Positions 23,189-34,967 of a DNA stretch of 64,000 bases are shown here, piece by piece. The translations under genes were made by a program, and so were the position numbers. Position 1 is the first letter of the stretch. Each line of letters begins with the position of its first letter. Below the pieces are notes generated by a model. It searched no databases and had not been told where the DNA came from. It was given only the letters and a program-made list of their open reading frames with translations. This stretch comes from Neoconidiobolus thromboides FSU 785 (taxonomy: Eukaryota; Fungi; Entomophthoromycota): contig MU626369.1 of NCBI GenBank assembly GCA_025603075.1, positions 9,360 to 73,359 on the forward strand, written 5' to 3'.

Positions 23189-24124
23189 CTAAACAGTAAC
23201 CTCTACCTCAACTGGATAATGATCCGATACCTTAAGCGCAAATTCTTTATCCAATTTAAAAGCATCATCAAACCTGTACGCTTTAGCATTAGAAAAGAGC
23301 CCCTTTTGACTGGTTGGGACGATGATTCTATCCAATGCACAATGGTTATCATTGACGGTAGTGTCATGATCATTTTCAATAAGCCAATGGAACTGTTCTC
23401 CATTAAATAAGGCTAACTGACCCAATCTCTTTTTGCTAATAAAGCTGGAGCCTGCGTTTAAGTCGCCTAATAAAATAGGGCCAATAACAGTATGGTTCAC
23501 TTGCCCTTCTTCCATTGCAATGTCGCCCTGTTGTTGATGGCTATTTGTCATGCTGGGACACAAGCATGAAAATATAAAGTTTAATACCTTCTTAAACAAG
23601 CCTTCTTCTTGTTTAGATGGTGATGAGTTATCGCGGGGCTTTGGTTGTATACTCAGTTGTTCAAAAGGGGCTACCAAAGCATCCAATTCATTTTGTACCT
23701 CACTTGGCTTGACATGGATGCCTAATAATAAGATGCTTTTAAACATATCCTTTTTTAGCTGGAGTCGTAAGATAAATGGATCCCTTTCAAATAGGTCTTG
23801 GGTATCTATAAACACTTCGCTTTGTAGTAAAGTGAATAGATCTTTTTTGTACAAGTAAATATACTTCTCTTTGTGCACATTGCGACCCAAATTGACGCTG
23901 ATGCTACCCTCGTATTTATTTTTTAAAAGTTCAAGTAATAGAGCTAAGATTTTACTACCATCCATGCTCTTGGCATCTGACTCTCTTACCTCTTGTAAGA
24001 AAATAACATCATAGCGGTTTAAAATTTCTATTATGATGTCTCTTATCTGCTTATCGTCAACTAGCTTTTTAATACTAAATGATCTTATATTAAATGATGC
24101 TATTACTACTTTGTTGTTTCTCAT
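23189..24124 (-). CDS. Deoxyribonuclease I-like endonuclease (EEP fold), no N-terminal signal peptide
   Basis: ASFNIR, LQEVR, LGRNVHKEKY, FERDP, GIHVKP, GDLNA, DTT, CALDRI and SDHYPVEV follow animal DNase I motif order and spacing. Confidence 0.92.
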   Translation of the reverse strand: MRNNKVVIASFNIRSFSIKKLVDDKQIRDIIIEILNRYDVIFLQEVRESDAKSMDGSKILALLLELLKNKYEGSISVNLGRNVHKEKYIYLYKKDLFTLLQSEVFIDTQDLFERDPFILRLQLKKDMFKSILLLGIHVKPSEVQNELDALVAPFEQLSIQPKPRDNSSPSKQEEGLFKKVLNFIFSCLCPSMTNSHQQQGDIAMEEGQVNHTVIGPILLGDLNAGSSFISKKRLGQLALFNGEQFHWLIENDHDTTVNDNHCALDRIIVPTSQKGLFSNAKAYRFDDAFKLDKEFALKVSDHYPVEVEVTV

Positions 24125-24304
24125 AATTTTTATTAAACCCTAAATTCGTTATTTCTTTTAATTTTTTTTATAAACCAATAAAATAAATTGAGGATCAATT
24201 TTTTCTATCACACTTCAATTAACCAAAATAAGGCAAACAAGATTATAAAAATAGTATATAAACAAAATTTTGGTATTATTTTATTGTTTTATATTGTAAT
24301 TGCT

Positions 24305-24529
24305 ATGAAATTCATATTGTTTTTATTCTTTGTAACTTATAATTTATCCTTACCATCCAATAATCATCCAACCCACAGCAATAACATTGAAATGCTATAT
24401 CGAATAACAGGAACTGAACCAGTATATGAAAGCATACAAGGAGATAATGATATAGCCAATGAGCTAGATGTAGTAGATGTTTATGATTATTACGTCCATG
24501 ATGAGCCACAATATAAGTTTGTAAACTAG
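24305..24529 (+). CDS. Putative small secreted protein (74 aa)
   Basis: MKFILFLFFVTYNLSLP signal-like start followed by an acidic, Tyr-rich tail; no recognised homology. Confidence 0.5.
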   Translation: MKFILFLFFVTYNLSLPSNNHPTHSNNIEMLYRITGTEPVYESIQGDNDIANELDVVDVYDYYVHDEPQYKFVN

Positions 24530-24615
24530 TACATTTTAATAAAACTTAATCTCTTTAAACTATTTTATAAATGTTTATTATATTAATTTAAAAACCCTAT
24601 CAATCAATTAGCATA

Positions 24616-27600
24616 CTAACTTAAATTCCTCAACGACCAAAGTATATGGAATGGCCTTACTGGTGCTGACAGATTAAGATCAAGTGCATATACCATACAA
24701 GAATTTGCTTTCTTAAGCAATTTCGATTCCCTATGGGTCCTACCTAATAAAAACCTACACAAATTAAAACAAACATATAACTGAAAATAAATTAGTAAAT
24801 ACCATCCTAATGCTGATGACCAGCCTGGGCCATCAGTAACGGATCTTAAACAAGATTCTGCCATATCTAACTTATTTAACTCAAGGTAGCATTGTCCTAA
24901 ATAAGTCAATGCTTCCGTATGAGCTGCATCCAAAATCGTAGCTCGATTCAGGCATGTAATTGCATTCTCATACTGTTTTTGAGCTAAAAAGATTTTACCA
25001 TACTAATCATAAATTAATGTTATAAAAGTAAACTAAAATGAAGTTACTTGGCTCCAAATATCAGCTGAAGAAGGATCAATGGATTCTGCTTCTTCACAAG
25101 CAAGTTTAGCATCCTTATATCTTCCTAATTTATAATATGCTTGGGAAGAATGGAGCCACAATGAAACCAAAACCTGGACCCCTCTTTTTCTACGTGATAA
25201 AAGGCGTGGCAAAGAGCGCGTAGAAATATGCATTGAATAGGGTGAAGAAAGCGATGCTAAAGTAGAACTAGCATATCCTCTAGACTGACCAGAATATGGG
25301 CCTTTGGTCCCAGATTGTATAGTACCTATAATAATAAATCAAATCGCCTTCAATAATAAGAGACTTACCATATTCTTTAGATGAATAATTGCCAGCGATA
25401 GAAGCTGGTCTCTGTGCTGAATTCAATTCCTGTACTCTAGATCTAGGAAAGGTAGAATTATTCAATTTAGATCCAGACAAAGATTCATCGAAGTTTTTAT
25501 TTTTAGACATTTGATTCCCTTCTTTTGCTTCTGAAGAACCGTATACCTTAGCATACAGCGTAAACAAGGAACCGTGGTGATTTATAGCAATTTTTGTGCC
25601 TAAAGCTGCTTCCTGCAAACAATTGTAAGTTAATTTCAATGACAATAAATCCTCGCCATCTAAATTGGTTGTTAATAAACCAAGCAACTCTTCCCCTTCT
25701 TGCTCCGTATCTTCTTTTTCTGGGTCTACCTCTCTTTCAGCTTCTCTCATAGCCACTTCGCAGATGCTTAAAGCCTGATCAAACTGTTTCTGACAACTCA
25801 TCAACAGCACTAATAGGTGCCAAGCTGGCGTGTAGCTCGAATAAAGTTCCAAACTTTGTTTTACAGATTGTATAGCCTCTTCAATAGCTCTTCCTTCGGC
25901 TTGTTGTAAGCCTAAGAAAAAGTGAGCCTCCCAATTATCTGAATCCATCTTTATTGCTTTTTCTAACGCGGATAAAGATTGGATATGGAATTGGGTACGT
26001 GTAGCGTGATTATCAGCTAAATAATTTCGTTAGCTTATTATTTAATTCGTTTCGACTATTTTTCTACCTTTCATACTGAGGTATCCCTTTGCTACTCCCA
26101 AATGCTGATAGGCACGTGATAAAAGAGCAAGGTGATGATTGGGTCTCGTTTCACAATGTTCGATAGCCATTTCTGCTAACTTGATCGCCAACTCATAATC
26201 ATCAAACTCTTGAATATGTAACTTTGCTGAGATCAAATAAGTTTCAATAACCTGGGCTAAGAGTTCTTTATCCTCTGGTGGTAAAGATCTTCGAAACTCT
26301 AACTCAGCAGAATCTAAAGTAAACTCAGAAAAGGAATCTTTTTCTTGTGTTGGTCCCAAGATACAGCTTTCTTTGACCTCGATTGATTTTTCTACAAGTT
26401 GAACATACGAGTCTAAAGCTAATTTAGCCTCTTCATATTCTCCTAAGGCTATTAAAGCAGTGGCTAAATGCCTTAACACACGTGGTGATTGATAAGTGAA
26501 TTTTGCTACTCTATATAAGCTATCAACTAAGTTCTGGGTATCAATCGCTCTGCTATTTTTCATTAAGCTCCAATTCATCATCATCTGATCTGCCATATCT
26601 AAAGCATAAGGATTAATAGATCCAGCAGTTGGGAACGATGATAGTTGGTATATATAGCCTTCATAACGCGTTTGAACGTTGCTTAACTCATCCCTGAATG
26701 CAGCTGGGGTATAAACACTCATTAAAGAGTTGGGGCTAAAAGATTAGAAATGAGATTAGAAATAAAAAGTCAATTACCCTTCTGGCGGGTTGGCGGTATA
26801 GCTTGAATAGCATGGGATGTGCTCACCACGTTGGTAGGTTTGAGTGAGCACTAATATATAATATCTGAGTAACAAACGTTGACGATGCGGGCGGAAGATT
26901 TTATTCCAACCATTGCTTTCAGAAAAATAAAACCTAAACACATTGATTGCCGTTTGGTACTCTCTATGTTAAATATTAATTAATGATATATTGTTAAAAT
27001 TGTTTCTTACTCTAATCTCAATGCAATCAAAGAGTGACGATAAAACACGTTTTCAATTGTTTTTTGGAACTCGGGTTTAATCTTATCAGACAAATCTCCA
27101 GAATAATTTTTTAGGATAGTTAATCCTTTTTGATAATATTCAGATGCTTCCTTAAACTCATTTTTTAACTCAAAGCACATAGCTAACAAAATTAATCTTT
27201 AACTCCATAGTAACAGTAAATCATTACCCATGATATTCAAAGCTTGGATATAAAGTACGCAATGATAGCCTTCTAACGAAACATCTCCACTTAACGATAG
27301 CTCTTGAAGAACTTTTTCTGCCTCGCTATATTCTCCACATCCAAAATAAGCTTTTGATTTTATTATATTTGCTTGCTGAACATTAAATATTAGTTTTTTT
27401 TATTATGAATCAAAATATTTGGATACTTCAATTATACTTTTGCTTTTTTCTATATCAGTTGATAGCTGACTGCAGCTTCTGATCGCAATATCTGCATTAT
27501 CGATTATCAGATTAATAGCGTTCATCGTAGTACTATCCTTTGGTATCAATATATGATTTGGATGATCCAACGCATGCTTTGATGGATCAAAATCGTCTGT

Positions 27601-27833
27601 TACCTGGTATAGAGAATGCTCAGAGAGGATCAAGTGTTGTAAAGCTTTTTTGAATGTAAACGTTAGCTTTAATTGTTTTGATTCTTATGTTTTGAGTATG
27701 TTTAATTAAAAGTACCTGCTCCTTGACTCTCATGCTTTTTGTACTTTCTTGCTAGTTCTGGCAGTTCTGCCCAAGAGCCTAATAACCTGGTTCTTTCTAT
27801 ATCTTTTTCTAGTGACTTGGCGCGACTTGACAT
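24616..27833 (-). CDS. YPP1: TPR protein, Ypp1/TTC7-like (PI4K adaptor), multi-intron
   Basis: ATG at 27833 (MSSRAKSLEKDIERTRLLGSWAELPELARKY). TPR-like exons include YTPAWHLLVLLMSCQKQF and HTEALTYLGQCY, and the C-terminus reads APVRPF. Confidence 0.75.
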
Positions 27834-28288
27834 GATAAAATAATATTGTGGCTCAAAGTTCGATGTGTTAAGTAGGGTTATATTATTGGATAGAAAATAG
27901 TTGGAATTAATTGGGTTAAGTCAAATGGTGTTGACTAGTTATTTTTGCAGAAATTATAGTAATTTCATTACTGTTTTGCTATCTTTTGTGAAATAGAATA
28001 GGCTGGTGACATTTAGTTCTTGTTATACTTAAAAGGCTTTAGTAATTTTTTGATATTATAGGTAAAGACCAAATTGAAAGGGAGTATTCCCCAGAATTAT
28101 GTAAACAAAAAAACGCCTACATAAAACACTACCACTGATAAAATTAAGAAGTCGAATTTAAAATTTTAACTTTAAGCTTATAACTGTAGACTCATAGATA
28201 AACCAAAAAACTAAACATAAGAAACAAAATAATAACACTTGAAAATTACACTACTTTATATAGAAAAAACAAAATAATTTCAATTGTA

Positions 28289-28510
28289 TTATTGATAGCA
28301 TCGATATTGACATTCTTTTTTATGATCCTTGTGATGAAGTCTCAGCTTCTCGAACTCAAACTTGGCATTGGGTGGTATTTCTCCTGGATATTTATTAACA
28401 AATGGTTTACTTGATGTTGATGGGACTTGGTTATCACCCTTGAAAAGTTCATCTAAAATAGAAAAAGATGATACTGAAGTTAGTAACACTAAAAGAAGGG
28501 ATCGAAACAT
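28289..28510 (-). CDS. Putative small secreted protein (73 aa)
   Basis: MFRSLLLVLLTSVSSFS signal-like start; basic His/Cys-containing C-terminus. Confidence 0.45.
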   Translation of the reverse strand: MFRSLLLVLLTSVSSFSILDELFKGDNQVPSTSSKPFVNKYPGEIPPNAKFEFEKLRLHHKDHKKECQYRCYQ

Positions 28511-28730
28511 TAAAGCTAAATCGAAAAATAAAGGCACAATAATCCTTCAATCCTTTTTATTTAGTCTTTACTTTATCAGCATGTTGTCAAACTAAATTGA
28601 GTTAATTTATTTATTGGTTTCAATTTCTTAAAGTTTAATTGGTCTCTAAAATCGGCTAACAATTTGTTGAGTTTAGTTTCACGTGACCTTGTTTAATTTT
28701 TGATCTTGATTTTTAGAATATTTTAATGGA

Positions 28731-31180
28731 ATGTTTAAAATAAATAATATAAGATTACGAGCTGGAACAAATTTGCAGTTTAGGGCGCAGACTGTTTATC
28801 GAGGAGTAATAAAACAATCTAGATAATTATTAAATAGTAATAAATTAGTTAGTTTCATCAACATCGAAGGTTATATAACGAAAATGAGTTAGCCAATTTT
28901 CCTCCAGAAAAGATTAGAAACTTTTCGATTATTGCTCACATAGGTAAAAAGTTTGAACTCAATGATATCTTTATAATAAGCTTTATTAGATCATGGGAAA
29001 TCCACTTTAGCGGATAGATTGTTAGAGCTGACAGGTAACAATTAACAATTGAAACTATTGCAAAAGATTAACATAAAAAGGTACTATAAACCCGAGAGCC
29101 AATAATAAGCAAGTATTAGATAAGTTAAAAGTAGAAAGGGATAGGGGGATCACTGTTAAAGCACAAGTAGGTTTAGAAATGTAAAAATTTAGAGACATTA
29201 ATCTTTTTTACAGACTGTATCTATGTTTTATAATCATAATGGTGAAAAATATTTATTAAACTTAATTGATACACCGGTATAATCTTTAATCATATTTAAA
29301 TCATAATTCTGAAACTAGTCTAGGGTCATGTAGATTTCAGTTATGAAGTATCACGCTCATTAGCAGCTTGTCAAGGAACATTATTATTGGTGGACGCCTG
29401 CCAAGGGATACAAAGTCAAACAGTATCTAACTTTTATTTAGCTTTTGGACTAGGGCTTAAAATATTGCCTGTAATCAACAAAATTGATTTACCTTCAGCA
29501 AGGATTGAATCAGTACAAGAAGAAATAAAGACAGCATTTGAAATAGAGGAGGATGTGTTGAATATAAGTGCTAAAAGTGGAAAGAATTTAGAAGGTCTGC
29601 TGCCCAAGATTATTGATCAAATACCTCCCCCAGTAGGCGACCGCACAGGCCCTTTAAAAGCGTTGTTATTTGATTCATGGTATGATAACTATGTCGGAGT
29701 CATTTGTTTAGTCAATATATTGAGTGGTCAATTAAATAAAGGAGATAAAGTGATCACTTTATCGAATGGTTTGAAATATGAGGCATTAGAGTTAGGTATT
29801 TTAAACCCAGAAAAAAAAGGGTGTAAAAGCTTATATCCTGGTCAGGTTGGGTATGTGGTGTTAGGCATGAAAACACCAAAGGATGCGTTGATAGGAGATA
29901 CCATTTATTTATCTAAGGACCCAGCACCTGAGCCTTTACCTGGGTTTGCAAGGAGTAATCCGATGGTTTATGCAGGTGTATTTCCAATCAGTAACCAAGA
30001 ATTTGGACAGTTGGAAGAAGCAATAGATAGATTGACTTTAAATGATGCTAGTGTAAGTATTAATAAAGAAACCAGTTTAGCCTTAGGCCAAGGATGGCGA
30101 TTAGGATTTTTAGGTACCTTACATTTGGATGTTTTTAGACAAAGATTGGAACAAGAGTTTTCATCAAACGTTATTATAACCCAACCTTCTGTACCATATA
30201 AAATAGTTTATAAAGATGGTAAAGAAGTAGTAATTAGAACACCATCTGATTTTCCAGATCCTCATGAATTGAGCACCAAAGTAGATATATTGATGGAACC
30301 TATGGTTAAAGCTACTTTTATCTTCCCATCTAAGTTTTTGGGACCTGTGTTGGAGTTATGTATGGTAAGATGAGCCAATTAGTTATTTTATTGTCCATTT
30401 TGTTAATTCAATTATAAAGAGTTACCGTGGAGACAATTCAGATCCTACATTTTTAGATTCTCAACGAGTGATGCTTAGATGTGATTTACCTTTAGCTGAA
30501 ATTGTGACTGATTTTTATGATGATTTAAAGTCATTAACTTCTGGTTATGCAAGGTAAATATCATCATGATATATCCAATTAGATTAACAAAGTTTAGTTT
30601 CGATTATGAAGAGAGTGGCTATAAAAAATCAGACCTATCAAAGGTATTCACTACTTGACTGTGTTAATATTGTTTTATCATTTTAGATGAGCGTATTGTT
30701 AAATTCCCAGCCTGTAGATGTACTCACTACAGTATTGCATAGATCTAGGGTTGCAAAGGTCGGAAGAGATTTATGTAAAAGATTGAAGGATGTGATAGAA
30801 AGGTATAGGTATAAATTTATCATTAGTACATTCTTACAACTTATAAATTAGACAATTATTTGAAGTTACTATCCAGGCAGCTATAGGTAAAAAAATCATA
30901 TCAAGAGAAAGGTAAATTTATAGATTAGTTTCAACATTAATGTCTTAATATACATTTTTAGTATTCCAGCAATGCGTAAAAACGTAACGGCCAAATGTGT
31001 AAGATTATTATAATATGTTCTCATTGTTTAAGCTAACTATTATCTTAGTATGGTGGTGATGTATCACGAAAAATGAAATTATTGGCTAAACAGAAAGAAG
31101 GTAAAAAGAAATTAAAAATGATAGGTAATGTACAGGTCCCTCATGAAGCTTTCTTTTCGCTTTTGGAGAAAAAATCATAG
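28731..31180 (+). CDS. GUF1: Mitochondrial translation factor Guf1/LepA (EF4), about 11 short introns
   Basis: [50 protein letters not shown] and [14 protein letters not shown] assembled across GT-AG introns. Confidence 0.95.
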
Positions 31181-31446
31181 ACAATTATAGACTAAAAATT
31201 GATACTGTATGATTATTAATAGAAATACTTTATTTTTTATGGTTCTGGCCATTATCCATCATATATTACTTTGTCATTTTTGAATAAAGTGTTACTTATA
31301 ATAGAATCCTTTTAACTTATGAGAAATGCTTTTATTTTTATAAATTGGCCAAAGATATAATAATAATTATAGAAATTTATTTTTGAGTTGATAGATATAA
31401 ATATAAACTAAAGAATATATAAATTGAAAACATATTATTAGTAAGG

Positions 31447-33210
31447 TCAAATGATAACAGTAGCAAAATCAACCGTATAACCTTCAGAATCCTTTCGAAT
31501 TTCCTTCGACTTAAACTCCACTTTAACTGTCCAATTTCCTTTGTGGGGATGATAAATCTCGAAAGTATTATGATAATAGAACTGATATCTACTATTATGG
31601 TACCATGAAACAGTAAGAGTTTCTCCAGGTATTCTAGAAGAATACTCACGCAATTCACCAAGCCTAAGCGTTGATAAATACAAAATTTTATTCTTATATT
31701 CTAAAGAATCGATAAGAGATATCCGTTTGAGGAACTGTAACCACATACCTTCTTTACAAACATTGCAGAATGAAGAACTGGTCATATTTCTCATAAGACA
31801 TCTGGCATTTGTAGGGCGATAGGTTTTTCTGCGATCAACATCCCATGTAGGGTAAGCAGAATAGTTATTGTTATCTTCATTAAAATTCTTCTCAGTACCA
31901 AATTCATGAAGTACAATATTAGCAATCATACGAGGTATATTTTTATTAGTAGAGTTGGTTTTGCTTCTTATGGTTACTGTATGATTTCCAGCTAAAAACC
32001 CACGATTATCCTTCCATTCATAAAATTCTCGATCATCTGAACCAGTTGTTTTCCATGGAAGTATTTTTCCATCTAGAGTAAACTCTAAACAGTCTTCTTC
32101 ACCAGCTGCAGTAACAGAAGCCAACATATACCAACGTGAATATTTTCCATCCGATGTAAAGTTAAGCGTAACGGACCCTTTACTCAAGTCTCTCCATGGA
32201 TAAGCTAACAACCGGTACATTACTTTTTCTTCACGAACTGGACCATTAATCCAATGCTTCCACCCAATATTTTGAATATTTTGAGCCGCATTAACACCAT
32301 CATAAACCCATCCATTATCATATTCTTCTCCAACATCAACAAAATTATGCCCCATTTCATGTCTTAAAACGACAGTACCAGTTCTTGCAGATTTAGTAGA
32401 AATAACAAACTCACCACCAAGGCCGCCATAAAAATCGTCGTTAGCAATGATACTTGGATAATCACAAGCCTTATCACCGGTCAACTTGCATATTTCTCTA
32501 GCAAATCCTGCATTCATTGGAATAATACCACGCAGCTGCCCTGCTTCCCTTGTTAATTGAAATGCTGTATCTTTAGGCCCATCATACCCGATCCCAGACT
32601 CCTTACTATCTACATGGATCGCCCAGATATTGAACAATGGCAGCCAAGATTTAAATGTCACTCCTTCAAACATTTCTTTTGTAAGGCGCTGAATATCATT
32701 AAAAAACAGCTCTTTTTGCTTTGAAGTGTAGCCATCTCCCATAAAGACTACATCAATACGGTTTTTCGGATCACCATTATCAATGATTTTACGTACTTCG
32801 GGTCCCAAAGTACTTATTGAGAATGAGAATGGGTAGGCTTTTACTTTAGTTCGCTTTTTGCAAAGAGTAACTACATAGTTGTTAAGCACGCGTTTGTTCT
32901 TAGCATAGAGCTCTACTATAACTGATTTGTCAGTAAGTTTCATATTTGAACAAGAATCGGCCATTGCTAGCGACGTTATCATTTTTATTTCTTTTGAATC
33001 CCCAGGTTTTAACCCTTTATAGGTAATATCCTCTGCTTCAGTGATTATTGTACACCCCTTCCTTACATCTTGGTCATTATGTAATTTAATATAATGGACT
33101 TTTGTAGACCTAATTTTTATTAAATATTAAATAATTAAGTTCAATAATACTTACAAAATGGAAGCTATTGCTGATAATAATAACAATAAATTAGTAGTAG
33201 TAGATTTCAT
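31447..33210 (-). CDS. Secreted peptidase family M64 (IgA peptidase-like); 1 intron (33110-33154)
   Basis: NRIDVVFMGDGYT, YGGLGG and VLRHEMGHNF zinc motif, plus C-terminal CLMR..FCNVC. A signal-peptide exon (MKSTTTNLLLLLSAIASIL) splices in frame upstream of the tracked ORF. Confidence 0.9.
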
Positions 33211-33452
33211 AACAGTAAGTCAAAATGTTTGAAATCGGGTTGAATTTACAATTTTAATATGATGGGGTGACATCAGCTTTATTGAACTAATAATAAATTA
33301 ACTGACTGTTTTTAACTACTTTGGTAGTTTGGTGAAGTCATCTTTTTAGCAAGTTTTGATCCCATCTGAATTAAAAGTTTGGTTTTAAAAAGGGTATATT
33401 TTTAGGTTAACTAAATTTACTATAGTTTTTTTATTAGATCAATATTCAATAT

Positions 33453-33552
33453 GGGGGATGTATTTTTATGTTTAAGAATTTTACTAGCAACCTTTCCACC
33501 TAAATAGCGCTTAAAAGATGGAAAAAGTGATGAAGCCCAAAAAAACATTCTC
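33453..33552 (+). mobile_element. MITE family 1, copy 9
   Basis: Consensus match; AT on both flanks. Confidence 0.88.
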
Positions 33553-34124
33553 ATATCTTATTTTAGACTTTGCCTAATATTTTATTATTTTTGTTTAGTA
33601 TAAAGCAATAATTTTGTGTATATTTATAATGTTGATATAAACATTACGTTTTTACAACCATCCTTTTGCTTATCTTGTGTAATTTTAATATACCATAATT
33701 ATATAGCTCAAGGTTAATTATAATAGTACACAAATAAACAAAAATCAAATATTCTTTTTTATCTTACGTAATAATGATACATTATTTAATGATTTAAACA
33801 GAAACTTTGAAGAGTTAAAGATTTTATACTATCAAAGTTTGTTAAAATTGAGTTTAAATTTACTATGGTAAGACTTTTTATTTATAAGGTTATCCAATTT
33901 TATAAGGAGTTTTATCACTGATAGTAAACTTAAATAAAAAAAACAGTTAGCCAATAGTTCGCTTTGTATTTAATGGTATTAAGTGCCTTATAAGATTAAT
34001 ATAAAATCTATGAAATTTAAATTGAAGAATATAAATATTATTAGATTGTCTATAAAATCGCTCTTACTTTATTATTATACATAAAAAAATTACATGAGAA
34101 TTTAAAGTATAAAAAATTAAACTT

Positions 34125-34967
34125 TTAATTAAAAAAAGAATTAATAGCTTTAAGTTGCCTTTGATCTTCAGTGGAATAAGACCTTTCGTTATTTAATGTA
34201 GGAGTTGTGGTTGGTATGGGAGGTAAGATAGGGAGTTGACTATTATGGATAGAATTGGAAGGTGGGGAAAAAGAATGTTGAGATAATAAATTATAGTTCA
34301 AAAATGAATTATAGATTGTTGGCTCAATCATTTGTGAATTGTGATGGGGATTATATGAAGTTAAATATGAGGAAGGGCTCATTTTGGTTTGTAGATTGCT
34401 ATCTAAAGTAGATGCCTTTGAATAGGATGCTATGGAATTGAGACTATTATTAAAGGCAGGCTCATCAGTGGTAGTATCATCAAGCGGCGTTAATAAATAA
34501 TTATTTCCATTAATTAAACTTGTGTGAGTAACTTTGCGAAAATAATAATTTTTTGGGAGAATAATATTGTTTAAGTAGGTATCTTTGGATGGGTTTTTTA
34601 AATTATTATTGTCAATATCGGCATTGGTATAATAAGAGATAAGCCCAAATCTTTTATCATCTCTAGTCACAATTGTTATGGCTTTTTTTATCAATTCGTT
34701 ATTAATATATTTAGCATTCTTTTGAGTGTAAGTTAAAAAATGACCATTAAACCTTGAAGCTGACCATCGCATACCATCCGTCCACCTCTTTAATCCTGGA
34801 TTGGATGCGTTAAATACAAATATTGAACCTGATCTTATGCTTAACCTTTCTTCTGAAGTCAATCGGCGTTGAATTAAAGGTATTAAGCCTAAGCGGGTAG
34901 CTTCAATTAACTTTAAAGCATCACTTATGTTTTTAATATAACCAAAATACGATTCCATACTAAACAA
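34125..34967 (-). CDS. Gti1/Pac2 (WOPR) family transcription factor, second paralog
   Basis: MESYFGYI...DALKLIEA, RRLTSEER..IRSGSIFVF, RWTDGMRWSASR, LIKKAITI, LISYY motifs. Confidence 0.93.
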   Translation of the reverse strand: MFSMESYFGYIKNISDALKLIEATRLGLIPLIQRRLTSEERLSIRSGSIFVFNASNPGLKRWTDGMRWSASRFNGHFLTYTQKNAKYINNELIKKAITIVTRDDKRFGLISYYTNADIDNNNLKNPSKDTYLNNIILPKNYYFRKVTHTSLINGNNYLLTPLDDTTTDEPAFNNSLNSIASYSKASTLDSNLQTKMSPSSYLTSYNPHHNSQMIEPTIYNSFLNYNLLSQHSFSPPSNSIHNSQLPILPPIPTTTPTLNNERSYSTEDQRQLKAINSFFN

